From Longimicrobiales bacterium (GTDB taxonomy: Bacteria; Gemmatimonadota; Gemmatimonadetes; Longimicrobiales; Gaopeijiaceae): a stretch of 64,000 bases of DNA. Under the pieces are notes generated by a model. The model saw nothing but the letters and a program-made list of their open reading frames with translations. It ran no database searches and had not been told where the DNA came from. Of the stretch, positions 20,415 through 32,617 are shown one piece after another. Positions within the stretch are counted from its first letter, which is position 1. Each line of letters opens with the position of its first letter. Location: contig OZ241892.1 in assembly GCA_965203485.1 (NCBI GenBank), positions 3,200,001-3,264,000 on the forward strand, in the 5' to 3' direction. Position numbers and translations under genes: made by a program.

Positions 20415-20997
20415 GCGCGCTGTTGGGAGAGTTCGCCGCCGCCGAGCGCGCGGCCTCCAGGAGTTCGGACGCTTGGAAGACGGCGCGGAGTTCGTGACCG
20501 GCGGCGGCCAGGCGTTCGCGTCCTCCCTCTGCCCGGTCGACGAGAGCGAGCACGCCCAAGACGCGGCAACCGTGCTCGGCGACGACGGCCGCCGCCCGGA
20601 GCGCGCTTCCTCCGGACGTGACGGAGTCCTCGACGATCACCACGGACGCTTCGCGCGGGAGCCCGCCCTCGATCTGCTTGCCGGCGCCGTGAGCCTTGGG
20701 AGCCTTGCGGACCGTGAAGGCGTTCAGCGGCGCTCGCAACCGAGTCGAGCGCGCCGCCACGGCGTAGGCGATTGGATCGGCGCCCAGCGTCATGCCGCCC
20801 ACGTGCGACGGCCGCCAACCTGCGGCAACCATGGCGTCCAGGCAGACTTCGCCCGCGAGAAGCAGGCCTTCGCCGCGCATCGTAGTGGTGCGAGCATCTA
20901 TGTAGTAGGCTGAACGGGCGCCGCTGGCGAGCACGAAGTCGCCCAGGCGGACGCTGCGTTGGGCGAGGAGGCGGAGCAAGCGGGAGCGAGGAGTCAT
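20389..20997 (-). CDS. pyrE: Orotate phosphoribosyltransferase
   Basis: FVLASG..S.YYID, RKAPKAHG and VEDSVTSGGS PRPP motif. Confidence 0.95.
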   Translation of the reverse strand: MTPRSRLLRLLAQRSVRLGDFVLASGARSAYYIDARTTTMRGEGLLLAGEVCLDAMVAAGWRPSHVGGMTLGADPIAYAVAARSTRLRAPLNAFTVRKAPKAHGAGKQIEGGLPREASVVIVEDSVTSGGSALRAAAVVAEHGCRVLGVLALVDRAEGGRERLAAAGHELRAVFQASELLEAARSAAANSPNSALNPPGAKA

Positions 20998-21061
20998 GGG
21001 CAAACGAAGCTACGAAGGGCGGGAACGGGAAGAAAGGCGCGGTACACGCGGCTGGCGAAGG

Positions 21062-22033
21062 ATGCGGGCGGCTTGCCTTCTGGCGGCGGCCGGGCCGGCG
21101 TGCGACGGCGGGACCATCGATCCGGGCGCGTTGCGCTTCGGGCAAGTCGGCGAGATCCAAGTGAGGGTGCAGGTTCCCCTGCAACGCGGCCAGGGGAGGT
21201 TGCAGCAAGTGCTTTCCTGGAACTCCGACGGCGCGTGGGTGCTGCGCGAAGCGATCAGCTACGGCGAGCGGGTGGGCGACGAGACCGTCAAGGGAAACCC
21301 GGGCGTTCCCCTGCAGTACTCCGGCGCTTACGCGACCCTGATCTCGGAACTGAACGAGTCCCCCTCGCGGGTCCTGGACGTGGACCAGACGCTCGATCCC
21401 GAATGCGGCTTGGCGGCCAGCCGCGTGACCCTGTCGATTCGCGACGACGGCCGCGACGAGGAAAAGACGTGGTCGCGGTGCGCGTTCGGGGCGCTGACGA
21501 CGTTGCGGACGCAGGACTCGGGGCCGGACGAGCAAGCGAGCCGGGTCGTGGAAGCGGCGATCCGGACGTGGCGCCGCACGCTGGGGGGCGATTCCGTGTC
21601 GGTGTACGCGGGGAGCCTGCCGTTCGGAACGCTGGAGCGCGGGGAGTGGACCGGCACGACGCTGAACAACCCCCTGGCGTTCCGTTCCCCCGACGGCGCG
21701 GGAGCGCGCGAAGCGCCGCCGGGCTGGGACGAGTTCTGGAGGGACCACAGCGGCGGCGAGCGGCCCGCGCCCGAGGTGGACTGGGCGAGCGAGATGCTTC
21801 TCTTCGCCGTCGTCGGCGTGCGCGAGGAGGTCGGCGATTCCGTGGAGGTGCGCCGCGTGCTCCCGATCGGCCGGGGCACGCGCATCGTCGTGGTCGAGCA
21901 GCGTCCCGGCGACTTCTGCGCGCCGCTCCATCGCGTGATTCGGCCGTACCATCTGGTCGTCGCCCCGAAGGCCGCCGCGCCGGTGTTCTTCGCGGACGTG
22001 GCTAGGGAGAGGGTGCCCTGTGGGACGCGGTAG
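21062..22033 (+). CDS. Putative lipoprotein with C-terminal PrcB-like domain
   Basis: Signal peptide ending in Cys (AGPAC); PEVDW...FAVVG...SVEV...PYHLV pattern. Confidence 0.6.
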   Translation: MRAACLLAAAGPACDGGTIDPGALRFGQVGEIQVRVQVPLQRGQGRLQQVLSWNSDGAWVLREAISYGERVGDETVKGNPGVPLQYSGAYATLISELNESPSRVLDVDQTLDPECGLAASRVTLSIRDDGRDEEKTWSRCAFGALTTLRTQDSGPDEQASRVVEAAIRTWRRTLGGDSVSVYAGSLPFGTLERGEWTGTTLNNPLAFRSPDGAGAREAPPGWDEFWRDHSGGERPAPEVDWASEMLLFAVVGVREEVGDSVEVRRVLPIGRGTRIVVVEQRPGDFCAPLHRVIRPYHLVVAPKAAAPVFFADVARERVPCGTR

Positions 22034-22054
22034 CGCTTCGGCCGACGGACGCGC

Positions 22055-23502
22055 GTGACGCTCCGGACCCGGTTCACGCTCTACTTCGCGGGCTTCTTCG
22101 TGTTGACGAGCGCCGTGTTGGGCTGGACCGCGTGGCGCACCGCGTCGGCCGCCTTGGAGGAGGAGCTCGACAAGAAGCTGGTGTCGGTGGCGGGCGCCTG
22201 GACCCTTGAGGGGATTCCGCCGGGCGAGGAGGAGCTCCTGCAGAGCTACGGTCGGGGAGACGAGGACAACTCGCTGTGGCGCGACTACCGGGAGTCGTTG
22301 CTCCGTCTGCAAGGGGAATCCGTGGACCGGGCCGACGTCTTTCACTGGAACCTGGCCGACTCGGTGGTGATGCTGGTGTCGACGGAGAGCCCGGACTCCT
22401 TCTACATCACGCAGCCGTTGCGTTGGGCGCGTCCCTACACGGGCACGGACCTCAAGCGCGCCTACGACGAGGGATCGGCCACAACCGGCCTCATCAGGGG
22501 CACCGACGGACGCTACCACAAGTACGGCTTCGTGCGGGTCAACGACTCGCAGCTCTTCCTGGGCGTGCAGATCCCCGCGGACTACCTGACGCCGTTGCGC
22601 AGGCTTCGGCGCCAGATCGTGTTGTTGTCGCTCGCCGGGGCGGCCGTGAGCGGCGTCCTCGCGTGGATGGTGGCCAGCGGCATCGTCGGGCGGCTGGAAG
22701 GCCTGAGTGTTGCGGCGCTGCGGATTCAGCGCGGGATGATGGACAGGCCGGTGCGCACGGGCGGCGACGACGAGCTGACGCGGCTGGCCCGCGCGATGGA
22801 GCGAATGCGGACGGGCATTCAGCGTCGCGACGAGCAGCTGCGGCTCATGCTGTCGCAGGTGGCCCACGAAATCCGCAATCCGCTGGGCGGCCTGGAACTC
22901 TTCGCGGCCGAAGCCCAGGAGTCCGACGAGCCCGAAGAGCGCAAGGGACTGCTCGCCCGCATCAGGAAGGAGGTGGCCGGGCTCAACGGAATCATCGACG
23001 ACTTTCTGGGCTTCGCGCGGCCGAAGCAGGCCGAGCCGCGGATGCACGACGTGCGGGACCCATTGCGCGAGGCCGCCGACTTGGCCGCGGCCGAAGTGCG
23101 GAGCCGGGGAGGCACGATGGACGTGGCGTTGCCCGGCGAGCCCTTGCTGGCGATGGCGGACAGGAACCAAGTGAAGCAGATCGCGCTCAACCTGCTGCGC
23201 AACGCCATGCAGGCGGGCGACTCGATCCGCGTGGACGGAGGCCGGGCCATGGGCGAAGTCTGGTTCGCCGTGAGCGACGACGGGCCGGGAGTGCCCGGCG
23301 AGTTCAAGGAACGCATCTTCGAGCCCTTCGTGACCGACAAGGCGCAGGGTGCGGGACTGGGGCTGGCCATCGTCAAGGGGCTGGCCGAGTCGAACGGCGG
23401 ACGCGTGGAGGTGGCGAACCGGTCGGACGCCGGGGACTCGGCGACGGGAGCGGAGTTCCGGGTATACTTGAGGGGATCGGAGGACTTTCCGGGGAGGGCG
23501 GG

Positions 23503-23506
<4 letters not shown>
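22055..23506 (+). CDS. HAMP-domain sensor histidine kinase
   Basis: 2 TM, HAMP (DELTRLARAME), H-box AHEIRNPL, NLLRNA, DDGPG, GLGL. Confidence 0.93.
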
Positions 23507-24923
<1,417 letters not shown>

Positions 24924-24927
<4 letters not shown>

Positions 24928-25868
24928 CGCCGCCCGCGCGCTCTGGGAAGACGTCCGGAGCGGCGTGCGCGGCTGTGCTGGTCGCGGTCGGCGCATGGGC
25001 CCCGCCGGCGGACGCGGGCGGCGTGCAGCCCCTTGGCGGTCCGTCGATGGACTCGATTCGGGCCGTGGTGGAGCTGCGCGAGCAGGACTACGACGTGGCC
25101 AGCGACGAATACCGCGCCGCGTTCAGCAGGCACCACCAGCTGGAAGGCGAGTGGGACCGGCTCAACAACGACCTGGACATTGCTCGCGAGTCGCTGACCG
25201 ACGCCGAGAAGTCCGAGAGGCTGGCCGGGTTGCAGGAACTCTCGGTGCAGGTCGAGCGCGCCGAGGGGCGGGCCGAGAGCCAAAAGGAGATGCTCCTGGA
25301 CGCCGCCGCTACGCTCGTGAGCGCGCTCGACTCGCAGCTGGATATCCTGTCCCGGATGCTTCGCGCCGCGACGGACCCCGCCCGCGCCCGCGAACTCGGC
25401 GAACTCTACAGGGACCGCTCGAACCGGGTCGAAGAAGTCGAGGACGAGATGGCGGCCGTGGGCGAGCGGATACCGCTGGTCCTGGACCCCTTGCCGGACA
25501 TCGCCATTGGCCCACGCGACACGCCGCGCCAGATCATCCAGAAGGCCCGCTTCCTGGACGACGAGGCGGACCAGCACGAACGCCTGAAGACCGATCTCGA
25601 CTCGGAGATCGAGCGGTTGCAGAAGCGGCTCGAGCGGGACCAGGCGACGAGCGACTTCCTCACCGACCCGAATCGCGTGGGCGACACGAGGTTGCCGGTC
25701 ACGTCGGGCTCGTCGGGCACGGGCGGGGAGGACCTGCCGTGGGGCGACGAGACTCTCGAGGACAGGATCAGGAACTTGACGGCGTTTCGGAGTTCGGTGG
25801 AGGTGCGCCGGGACCAGCTTCGGCGCAAGGCGGAGCAGTTTCGGGAACAGGCGAGGGGCGCGGCGTGA
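24924..25868 (+). CDS. Secreted coiled-coil hypothetical protein
   Basis: Signal peptide and long charged heptad stretches; GTGA overlap with both neighbours. Confidence 0.7.
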
Positions 25869-27052
25869 GGCGTTTCGGGCGGGCGGGCGCCGTGCGCGGC
25901 GCGGTGCGGGAGCGGTCGCCGGGCAGGATTTCGAGGTTGGGGCTCTTCACGGGCGCCGTGGCGGGCGGCGTCGGCTTGGCGTCGCCGTCGCCGGGCCAGG
26001 TGCGCATCGAGGACCTGGTTGTGGTGGTCGGCGCCTCGGTGGACTGGCACGAGGGCAACTTCTCGGCGGTGACGGTCCCCAGGATCGACTCGGCCGAGAG
26101 CGTGGCGTCCGGGGCGGGTCACGCCCAGGCGCTTGGCCGGATCGCGCTGCTGGGCGCCGGACGCCGCCGCGTCTTCCTGACCTTCGACGGCAGTCTGCAT
26201 CAGTACGCCACGGCAGGCTACCGGTTCCGCAACTACGCGCCGCGGCAGCACGCCGGCTCCGTCACCGCCTACTACCGGGAACAGTTGGGCGGCGGACCCT
26301 TGGTGCTCTCCGCAAGCGTCTCCACGAGCGGCGTGAGCGACCGTCCGCCGCTACCGCTGTATCTGCAACCGGGGTACCGCAAGTACGCCGGCTCCGCGAC
26401 GTACCGCCGGAACGTGGCCGGCATGGATGCGTTGGCGGGGGCAAGCCTGGAGAACGCCGACTACGCGGCCATCGTTCCCCAGCTCGATCTGCTGGACCAC
26501 TCGGCGATGAAGGTGTGGGCTCGTGCCGTTCCCTGGGCCTGGACGCGCTCGGCCGTCGATCTGTTCGGCGAGTACAGCTACCGCAGCTACTCGAGGCAGG
26601 GGGGATCGGGGACCGCCGGCGATCCCTTCCGCACCGACCACGCGGTCCGTGCCGGCGCCTCGTGGCGGGCCAGCTGGCTCGACGACGACCAACGCGGGCT
26701 GGAAGGCTCCGCCACCGTCGACGGCACGCTCAACCGCTCCAACTCCCGGCGGGTGGAGTACAACTTGCTCCGCGCCAGCGGGTGGGTGTCCGCTTCGCTC
26801 GGCGGCAACACGCTGTTCCTCGAGGGGCAACTCTCGGTCAAGCGCTACTCGCGGCCCTTCATGCACGCGCTCGTTCCGGGCGAGGAGGCGGACAACACCT
26901 CCTATGTGGCCTCCAGGCTGACCCGCAGATTCGGCCCGACCTTGAACGGATCGGTCAGAGTGCGTTGGACGCGGGCCGAGACGAGCATCGGCGGCGCGTA
27001 CTTCCGGCGGCTGGGGGCCTCGTTCTCGCTGAACTACAGGCCGTTGCGGTAG
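25865..27052 (+). CDS. Putative outer-membrane beta-barrel protein
   Basis: Signal peptide, alternating aromatic beta-strands, C-terminal LGASFSLNYRP. Confidence 0.6.
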   Translation: MRRFGRAGAVRGAVRERSPGRISRLGLFTGAVAGGVGLASPSPGQVRIEDLVVVVGASVDWHEGNFSAVTVPRIDSAESVASGAGHAQALGRIALLGAGRRRVFLTFDGSLHQYATAGYRFRNYAPRQHAGSVTAYYREQLGGGPLVLSASVSTSGVSDRPPLPLYLQPGYRKYAGSATYRRNVAGMDALAGASLENADYAAIVPQLDLLDHSAMKVWARAVPWAWTRSAVDLFGEYSYRSYSRQGGSGTAGDPFRTDHAVRAGASWRASWLDDDQRGLEGSATVDGTLNRSNSRRVEYNLLRASGWVSASLGGNTLFLEGQLSVKRYSRPFMHALVPGEEADNTSYVASRLTRRFGPTLNGSVRVRWTRAETSIGGAYFRRLGASFSLNYRPLR

Positions 27053-28299
27053 GGCGGCCGGCCCGCCCCTCCGGCTTGCTTCGCGTCGGCCAGGACGGCC
27101 AGCACGTAGTCGATGTCGGCCTCGGCGTGGTCGGCGTTGACCTGGAACCGGATCGCCTCGTCGCCGCGCGGCACGACCGGATAGGCCAGCCCGGTGGCGA
27201 GGACGCCGGCGCGGAAGAGCGCGTCCACCAGCCTGCGCGTCTCCGGCGTGCTGCGCACCATGAGCGGCACGATGGGGTGCGGGCCGGGGATGATCTCGAA
27301 GCCGCGCTCGACGAGCCCGCGCTCCAAGCGCCCGGTCAGCGACGCCAGCCGCTCGAGGCGGGCAGCCCCTTCGGCGCTCTGCACGATGGACAGGGCCTTG
27401 CCCGCGGCCGCGGCCTCGCCCGCCGTGATGGGATTCGAGTAGACGTACATCGGCGCCGACTCCCGCAGGAAACGGACGACGGCCCCGGAGGACGCCACGT
27501 AGCCGCCATTGACGCCCATGGCCTTGCCCAGAGTTCCGACCAGGACGTCGCACGGCGGGCCGCCGGCCACTTCTTCCGTGCCGCGCCCCGTCGCGCCGAA
27601 GGCGCCCGTGCCGTGCGAGTCGTCCACGACGACGACGACGTTCTCGGGGAAGCCCGGGTCGTGGCGGGCCGCAATCTCCATGATGTCGCCGAGCGGCGCG
27701 AAGTCGCCCCTCATGGAGAAGACCCCGTCGGTCACCACAATGGCCCTGCGGGCCTGTCCCTTGGCCTGCTCCAATGCGCTGTCGAGCGCGTCCATGTCCA
27801 GGTGCGGATACACGACCTTGCCCGCCGGGCGGGACATGCGCATCGCGTTGATGATGCAGTTGTGGTTGAGTTCGTCCGACAGGAGGAAGGTGCGGGCGTC
27901 CGCCAGCGAGGCGAGCGCGCTCACGGCGGCCGCGTAGGCGGACGAGAAGATCATGGCCGCTTCGCGCGCGTGAAACGAGGCGAGCGCGCGCTCCAGTTCG
28001 GCGTGAACCGAGTACGTGCCCGCGATGAAGCGGACGGCGCCCGGGCCGGCTCCGAAGGCTTTGGCCGCCGCTTCCCCGGCTTCGATCACGTCCGGGTGCA
28101 TGGCCAGGCTCAAGTAGGAGTTGGCGTTCATGCGCAGAAACTGCTTCTCGCCTTGGCCCTTCAGCAGGAAGCGGGGACCGCGGCTTCCTTCGGCCGGGAG
28201 CGCCTCGCGGATCACGACTTCGACGCCCTTGGCGGTGCCGTGGGCCTCGAGGCCGGCGACATGCTCGTCGAGCGCGGCCGTCAGGCGGTCCAGGGGCAT
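27034..28299 (-). CDS. kbl: Glycine C-acetyltransferase (2-amino-3-ketobutyrate CoA ligase)
   Basis: ANSYL, AVRFIAGT, LNHNCII, DGVFSM.G, DDSH and GTLGKA; adjacent to threonine dehydrogenase. Confidence 0.85.
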   Translation of the reverse strand: MPLDRLTAALDEHVAGLEAHGTAKGVEVVIREALPAEGSRGPRFLLKGQGEKQFLRMNANSYLSLAMHPDVIEAGEAAAKAFGAGPGAVRFIAGTYSVHAELERALASFHAREAAMIFSSAYAAAVSALASLADARTFLLSDELNHNCIINAMRMSRPAGKVVYPHLDMDALDSALEQAKGQARRAIVVTDGVFSMRGDFAPLGDIMEIAARHDPGFPENVVVVVDDSHGTGAFGATGRGTEEVAGGPPCDVLVGTLGKAMGVNGGYVASSGAVVRFLRESAPMYVYSNPITAGEAAAAGKALSIVQSAEGAARLERLASLTGRLERGLVERGFEIIPGPHPIVPLMVRSTPETRRLVDALFRAGVLATGLAYPVVPRGDEAIRFQVNADHAEADIDYVLAVLADAKQAGGAGRPPYRNGL

Positions 28300-28304
28300 G
28301 GCGG

Positions 28305-29318
28305 CTACTCGCTTCCCGGCGCGCCGAACGTTGCGGGCTCGGCTTCTCGCATCGGCGGTCCCCCGTCGGCAACGGCCCGCCGCGGGGCCTGGAGAGCACT
28401 GAACATGGCGGCCACCGTCGCGGGCAAGTCGTACCGGGGGCGCCATCCCCACTGGGCACGGGCCGCGGAATCGTCCAGACGGTTGGGCCAGGAGTCGGCG
28501 ATGGACTGGCGGAGCGGGTCCGGCTCGTAGTCGATCCTGAACTCGGGCATGACGGCTTGGACGGCCGTGGCCAGCTCCGCCGGGGTGAACTGCATGGCGG
28601 TGACATTGTAGGCGTTGCGGTGGGCCAAGGCCGTTGCTGGGGCGTCCATGAGCTCGACGACGGCGCGAATCGCGTCCGGCATGTACATCATGTCCATGCG
28701 CGTGTCCGGTTGCAGGAAGCAGGTGTAGCGTCCGTGCGCGAGGGCGGCGCGGAATATGTCCACTGCGTAGTCGGTCACGCCGCCGCCGGGCGGAGCCGCG
28801 TGGGAGACGAGGCCCGGGAACCGGAGACCCCGGGCGTCCACGCCGTGGCGCTGGTGGTAGTAGTCGCCCAGGAGTTCGCCCGCGACTTTCGTGACGCCGT
28901 ACATGGTCGTCGGCCGTTGCGTGGCGGACTGCGGCGTGGGGTCCCGGGGCGCGTCGGGTCCGAAAGCGGCGATCGAGCTGGGCGCGAAGACCCGGCAACG
29001 TTCGCGCGCGGCGGCCTCGAGGACGTTGAGCAGGCTGTCGACGTTGGTCTTGTAGGCGGCCAGAGGGTCCGCCTCGCCCGACGCGGAAAGAATCGCCGCG
29101 AGGTGGTAGACAGTCGTGGCCCGAAACGCGCGCACCGCGTCCGTCATGGCCTCGGCGTCCAAGCAGTCGAGCTGGGCTGCGGGCTGGTCGCGTGCCCAGT
29201 CCTCCGGATCCCTGATGTCGGTGGCCAGCACGGCGTCGCGGCCGTGTCGGCGGACGAGAGCGGCGGTCAGTTCGGCGCCGATCTGGCCGGCCGCCCCGGT
29301 GACGAGTACGCGATTCAT
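28305..29318 (-). CDS. L-threonine 3-dehydrogenase (SDR/epimerase type)
   Basis: GAAGQIG, HLAAILSA.GE, PSSIAAFG, YGVTK and PGGGVTDYAV. Confidence 0.88.
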   Translation of the reverse strand: MNRVLVTGAAGQIGAELTAALVRRHGRDAVLATDIRDPEDWARDQPAAQLDCLDAEAMTDAVRAFRATTVYHLAAILSASGEADPLAAYKTNVDSLLNVLEAAARERCRVFAPSSIAAFGPDAPRDPTPQSATQRPTTMYGVTKVAGELLGDYYHQRHGVDARGLRFPGLVSHAAPPGGGVTDYAVDIFRAALAHGRYTCFLQPDTRMDMMYMPDAIRAVVELMDAPATALAHRNAYNVTAMQFTPAELATAVQAVMPEFRIDYEPDPLRQSIADSWPNRLDDSAARAQWGWRPRYDLPATVAAMFSALQAPRRAVADGGPPMREAEPATFGAPGSE

Positions 29319-29576
29319 GACGGACCGAAAGATGGGGAGGAGGGGGACAGTGTGGCAAAGGATCGAGACCGAGGCCTCGGGACCGTGCGGCGTCCAAGCA
29401 GGCGGAATCGGCTCGGTACCAACCTGCCCCGGGCGGCCCCTGGTGGACGGACTCGTTGGCCGACTGTCGAGGACATGGAGTTGCCAAGCGAGCCCTGAGT
29501 GCCCATTTTGGAGTCTCTTGCCACAGGCCCCGTTTCGGGAGCCGTGCAATCGGAAACCTCGTGAATGGAGGACAGA

Positions 29577-29945
29577 ATGAAGAACGGCAAGCTTTCGGCT
29601 TATGGTCTCACGGCCGTTGCATTGGTGGCGGTGGGGACCCCGGGAGGAGCAACGGTTGCCCCGAACCTGCTGGCCATTTCCGAACCGCCGGAGGCGTCGT
29701 GGCGGGACGCGGAGTTGGTCGGATCGGTTGAATGTGCGGTGGTCGAAGGGTCGCTGGGACAAGTGCTTGAATGCGACAAGAACATATACTTGTTGCAGAT
29801 CCCTAGCGACGACATGGAGGTTAAGGAATGCAGACTGTCGGACATAGAAATCGAGTTCACGGAAACTGACAGTGGCGTAGAGATCAGCGCCATTTGTCAG
29901 TACGACTGTGGTTTCTCGGTGCGCGCACGGGCTGTCCGCCAATGA
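29577..29945 (+). CDS. Small secreted Cys-containing hypothetical protein
   Basis: GGAGG SD, signal peptide, 5 Cys, lower GC. Confidence 0.6.
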   Translation: MKNGKLSAYGLTAVALVAVGTPGGATVAPNLLAISEPPEASWRDAELVGSVECAVVEGSLGQVLECDKNIYLLQIPSDDMEVKECRLSDIEIEFTETDSGVEISAICQYDCGFSVRARAVRQ

Positions 29946-31024
29946 TGCAGCTTCGCTTCGTCGGCTGGCTTGGCGTGGCGGGCCTGCTGAGTCCAAGCGG
30001 TGCGGTTGCTGGACAGGAAGTGATGCAACTGGACCTGAAGGCTGGACGCGAAGTCGTCGGCGGCCCCGAATATAGATTCAGGGCATCTGGCGCCGTGGAC
30101 TACGATCGGCGCTTGGTCTACGCTGTGGAGGCTCTTGAACCGCTGGCGGTGGCGGCGTATTCGCTGGACGACGGGTCAACCGTGCGACTTTACGGAGGCA
30201 AGAGAGGGGAGGGGCCCGGCGAACTAATGAATTTGCGCGGCGTCGCACTGGGCCCAGGAGGTGTCTTCGTTGCGGGCAGGGGGGTCGTGAACCACTGGGC
30301 GCTTTCCGGGGAATTGCTCTACCAGTGGCGTCCGGTCGCACCGGGCGTCGGGACGATCTGTTCCCTGGCCGGACAACCGGCCGTGGCCGCGCAACAAGGC
30401 GTGGTCTTGCGTGCAGACGACGGCCGGAGCATCGAAAGATGGGGCGCGACGCTGAGAACGGCGGTGCGGGCACGCCCCGACGACCCGGAGGAAGCCTGGG
30501 TGACGTACGACAGAATTCGCATGGCGTGCGCCGACTCCGTTGTCTACGTGCTGACGAATCACGCAATCGCCGCTTATTCGCCGAGCGGCGTGCGCCAAAT
30601 TCCAGTTCCGTCCGAAATCGAGGAGATCGCGAGGCAACGCGAGGCGGCCCGCGAGCCTGGATATCCGACGGGCAGATATGCCGGTTACAGCAAAATGGTC
30701 ACTACGGCAGACGGGCGATTGCTTGTAACGGTCCAGCACCGCGAGATCGCGGGCGCGGTAGTCGATCCGGCCACGGGTTGCTACAAGCTTCTGAAGACCG
30801 ATGTCACCCGCAACATGCGGTATGCTCTTGGCTTGATGGCCGACAGCCTTGTCTTCGTGGATGTCGTAGCGGAGCTCAAGACCGAGCTGGTGAACGGCAA
30901 GCGCCAGGCGGTGACCAGGAACGTGAGCGGCAGGCGTGTCGAAGTCTTCTCCATGAATCCGCGATCGATCGCGATACGCCCGTTGCGGCTTGTGTCCGAA
31001 CAACCGTGCATAGCCGGGGAGTGA
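29942..31024 (+). CDS. Secreted beta-propeller (6-bladed/NHL-like) protein
   Basis: Signal peptide, GKRGEGPGEL motif, beta-rich; ATGA overlap with upstream ORF. Confidence 0.65.
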   Translation: MMQLRFVGWLGVAGLLSPSGAVAGQEVMQLDLKAGREVVGGPEYRFRASGAVDYDRRLVYAVEALEPLAVAAYSLDDGSTVRLYGGKRGEGPGELMNLRGVALGPGGVFVAGRGVVNHWALSGELLYQWRPVAPGVGTICSLAGQPAVAAQQGVVLRADDGRSIERWGATLRTAVRARPDDPEEAWVTYDRIRMACADSVVYVLTNHAIAAYSPSGVRQIPVPSEIEEIARQREAAREPGYPTGRYAGYSKMVTTADGRLLVTVQHREIAGAVVDPATGCYKLLKTDVTRNMRYALGLMADSLVFVDVVAELKTELVNGKRQAVTRNVSGRRVEVFSMNPRSIAIRPLRLVSEQPCIAGE

Positions 31025-31067
31025 CCAGGATTCGCCAACCGGCCGAGTCGGCCGACGATGTGCGCCA

Positions 31068-31391
31068 TTAGTCCTCTTGCTTAGCCGTCCAGCGTTCGCT
31101 GTCGCGCGTCTCGTACTTGTCGAGCGCTCGGCCAAGCGCGCGGCCCAAGTCGATCCCCTGCTGGTTGGCGAGCGACACCAGCACGAACAGCACGTCGCCG
31201 ATCTCCAGCTCGAGCTCCGAACGGGGCTCGCTCTCCTTCTTCGGCTTGGAGCCGTAGCGGTGATTGATCTCGCGGGATAGTTCGCCCACCTCCTCGGTCA
31301 AGCGGGCCAGGATCGCCAGCGGCGGCCAGTAGCCCTCCTCGAAGCTGGTGATCCAGCGGTCGACTCGGTCCTGGGCTTCCTTGAAGTCCAT
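31068..31391 (-). CDS. MazG-like nucleotide pyrophosphohydrolase (YpjD type)
   Basis: RLTEEVGELSRE, ELEIGD and KYETRD..RW. Confidence 0.9.
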   Translation of the reverse strand: MDFKEAQDRVDRWITSFEEGYWPPLAILARLTEEVGELSREINHRYGSKPKKESEPRSELELEIGDVLFVLVSLANQQGIDLGRALGRALDKYETRDSERWTAKQED

Positions 31392-31409
31392 GTTCGTTTC
31401 CGTCCTCGC

Positions 31410-32429
31410 TCAGGGCTTGACGACGAGCTTGCCGAAGACGCCGCCCGCCTCGAGCATCTCGTGGGCCGCCCGCGTTTCTTCCAGGCTGAAGACCTGGTGG
31501 ACGGGCGGGGCCGCCACGCCGGCGAATACCCGTCCCATGGCTTCGCGAAACTCGGCGGGCGTGCCCATCGTGGAACCGAGGATGGACAGCTGGCGCCAGA
31601 AAAGGACGCGGATGTCGATCTGCCCGGTGGGGCCGGTCGTGGCGCCGAAGGAGACGAGCCGCCCGCCGACGGCCAGCGCGCGCACCAACGTCGCCCAGAT
31701 CGCCTCGCCGACCGAATCGAGGCAGAGATTGATGCCGCGCTTGCCCGAAGCCAGGTAGACCTCCTTGCTCCAGGCCCGGTCGGTGCGGTCGAACACCCGG
31801 TCCGCCCCCAGCGCCTTGACCTGCTCGATCCAGGCAGGCGACGTGAGCGCGAAGACCTCGGCCCCCGCCGCCTTCGCGAACTGGATCGCCATGGTGGAGA
31901 CGCCGCCGCTCGCACCCGTCACAAGAACGCGCTCTCCGGGGCGTAGACGACCCCGCGACATCAGTCCGCGCCAAGCCGTCACCCCGGCGAGCGCGGCGCC
32001 GGCTGCGATGTCGCTCTGCACGTTGTCCGGCACCTCGACCAGATTGGCGGCGGGCGCGAGCGCGAACTCGGCGAAGCCTCCCTGCCTGTGCTCCCCTACG
32101 ACGGAGTACGGCTTCGGCGGCGGACCCGGAAACCGCGCGAGCTGGTACCAGTCGTACGCGACCGAGGGGTCGGCGACCACGCGCTTGCCGACCCATCCCG
32201 GGTCCGTGCCGGGTCCGGCCTCGTCCACTACGCCCGCGACGTCGGAGCCGCCGATGTGCGGCATCGGAATGTCCACCGGAATGCCCCGCCGCAACCAGAG
32301 ATCGAGGTGGTTGAGCGACGATGCCTCGACGCGGATGCGGACTTCGCCCGGCCCGGCCCGCGGATCGTCCACGTCCTCGACGACCACGGCGCCTGGACCG
32401 CCGTGCTGGTGGAATACGGCTGCTCGCAT
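31410..32429 (-). CDS. MDR-superfamily NAD(P)H oxidoreductase (quinone-reductase-like)
   Basis: SLNHLD, GSDVAG, GASGGV and GKLVV; lacks zinc-binding Cys. Confidence 0.85.
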   Translation of the reverse strand: MRAAVFHQHGGPGAVVVEDVDDPRAGPGEVRIRVEASSLNHLDLWLRRGIPVDIPMPHIGGSDVAGVVDEAGPGTDPGWVGKRVVADPSVAYDWYQLARFPGPPPKPYSVVGEHRQGGFAEFALAPAANLVEVPDNVQSDIAAGAALAGVTAWRGLMSRGRLRPGERVLVTGASGGVSTMAIQFAKAAGAEVFALTSPAWIEQVKALGADRVFDRTDRAWSKEVYLASGKRGINLCLDSVGEAIWATLVRALAVGGRLVSFGATTGPTGQIDIRVLFWRQLSILGSTMGTPAEFREAMGRVFAGVAAPPVHQVFSLEETRAAHEMLEAGGVFGKLVVKP

Positions 32430-32617
32430 GATTCCAAGTATAGGACGCGCGGGCGTTGGATGGGACGGCCCGGCTCTCCTTGGCCGAGAGGGTGCGGCCC
32501 GGCGGTCTGGCCGGGCGCTCTGGACTCGGGGGACGCCCTGCGGGCAGATTTGGCGGCGGCGGCCGACGACGACGGCGCGGGGCCGGCCCCGGCGAACGCA
32601 GGCGCGAGGAGCCCGAG

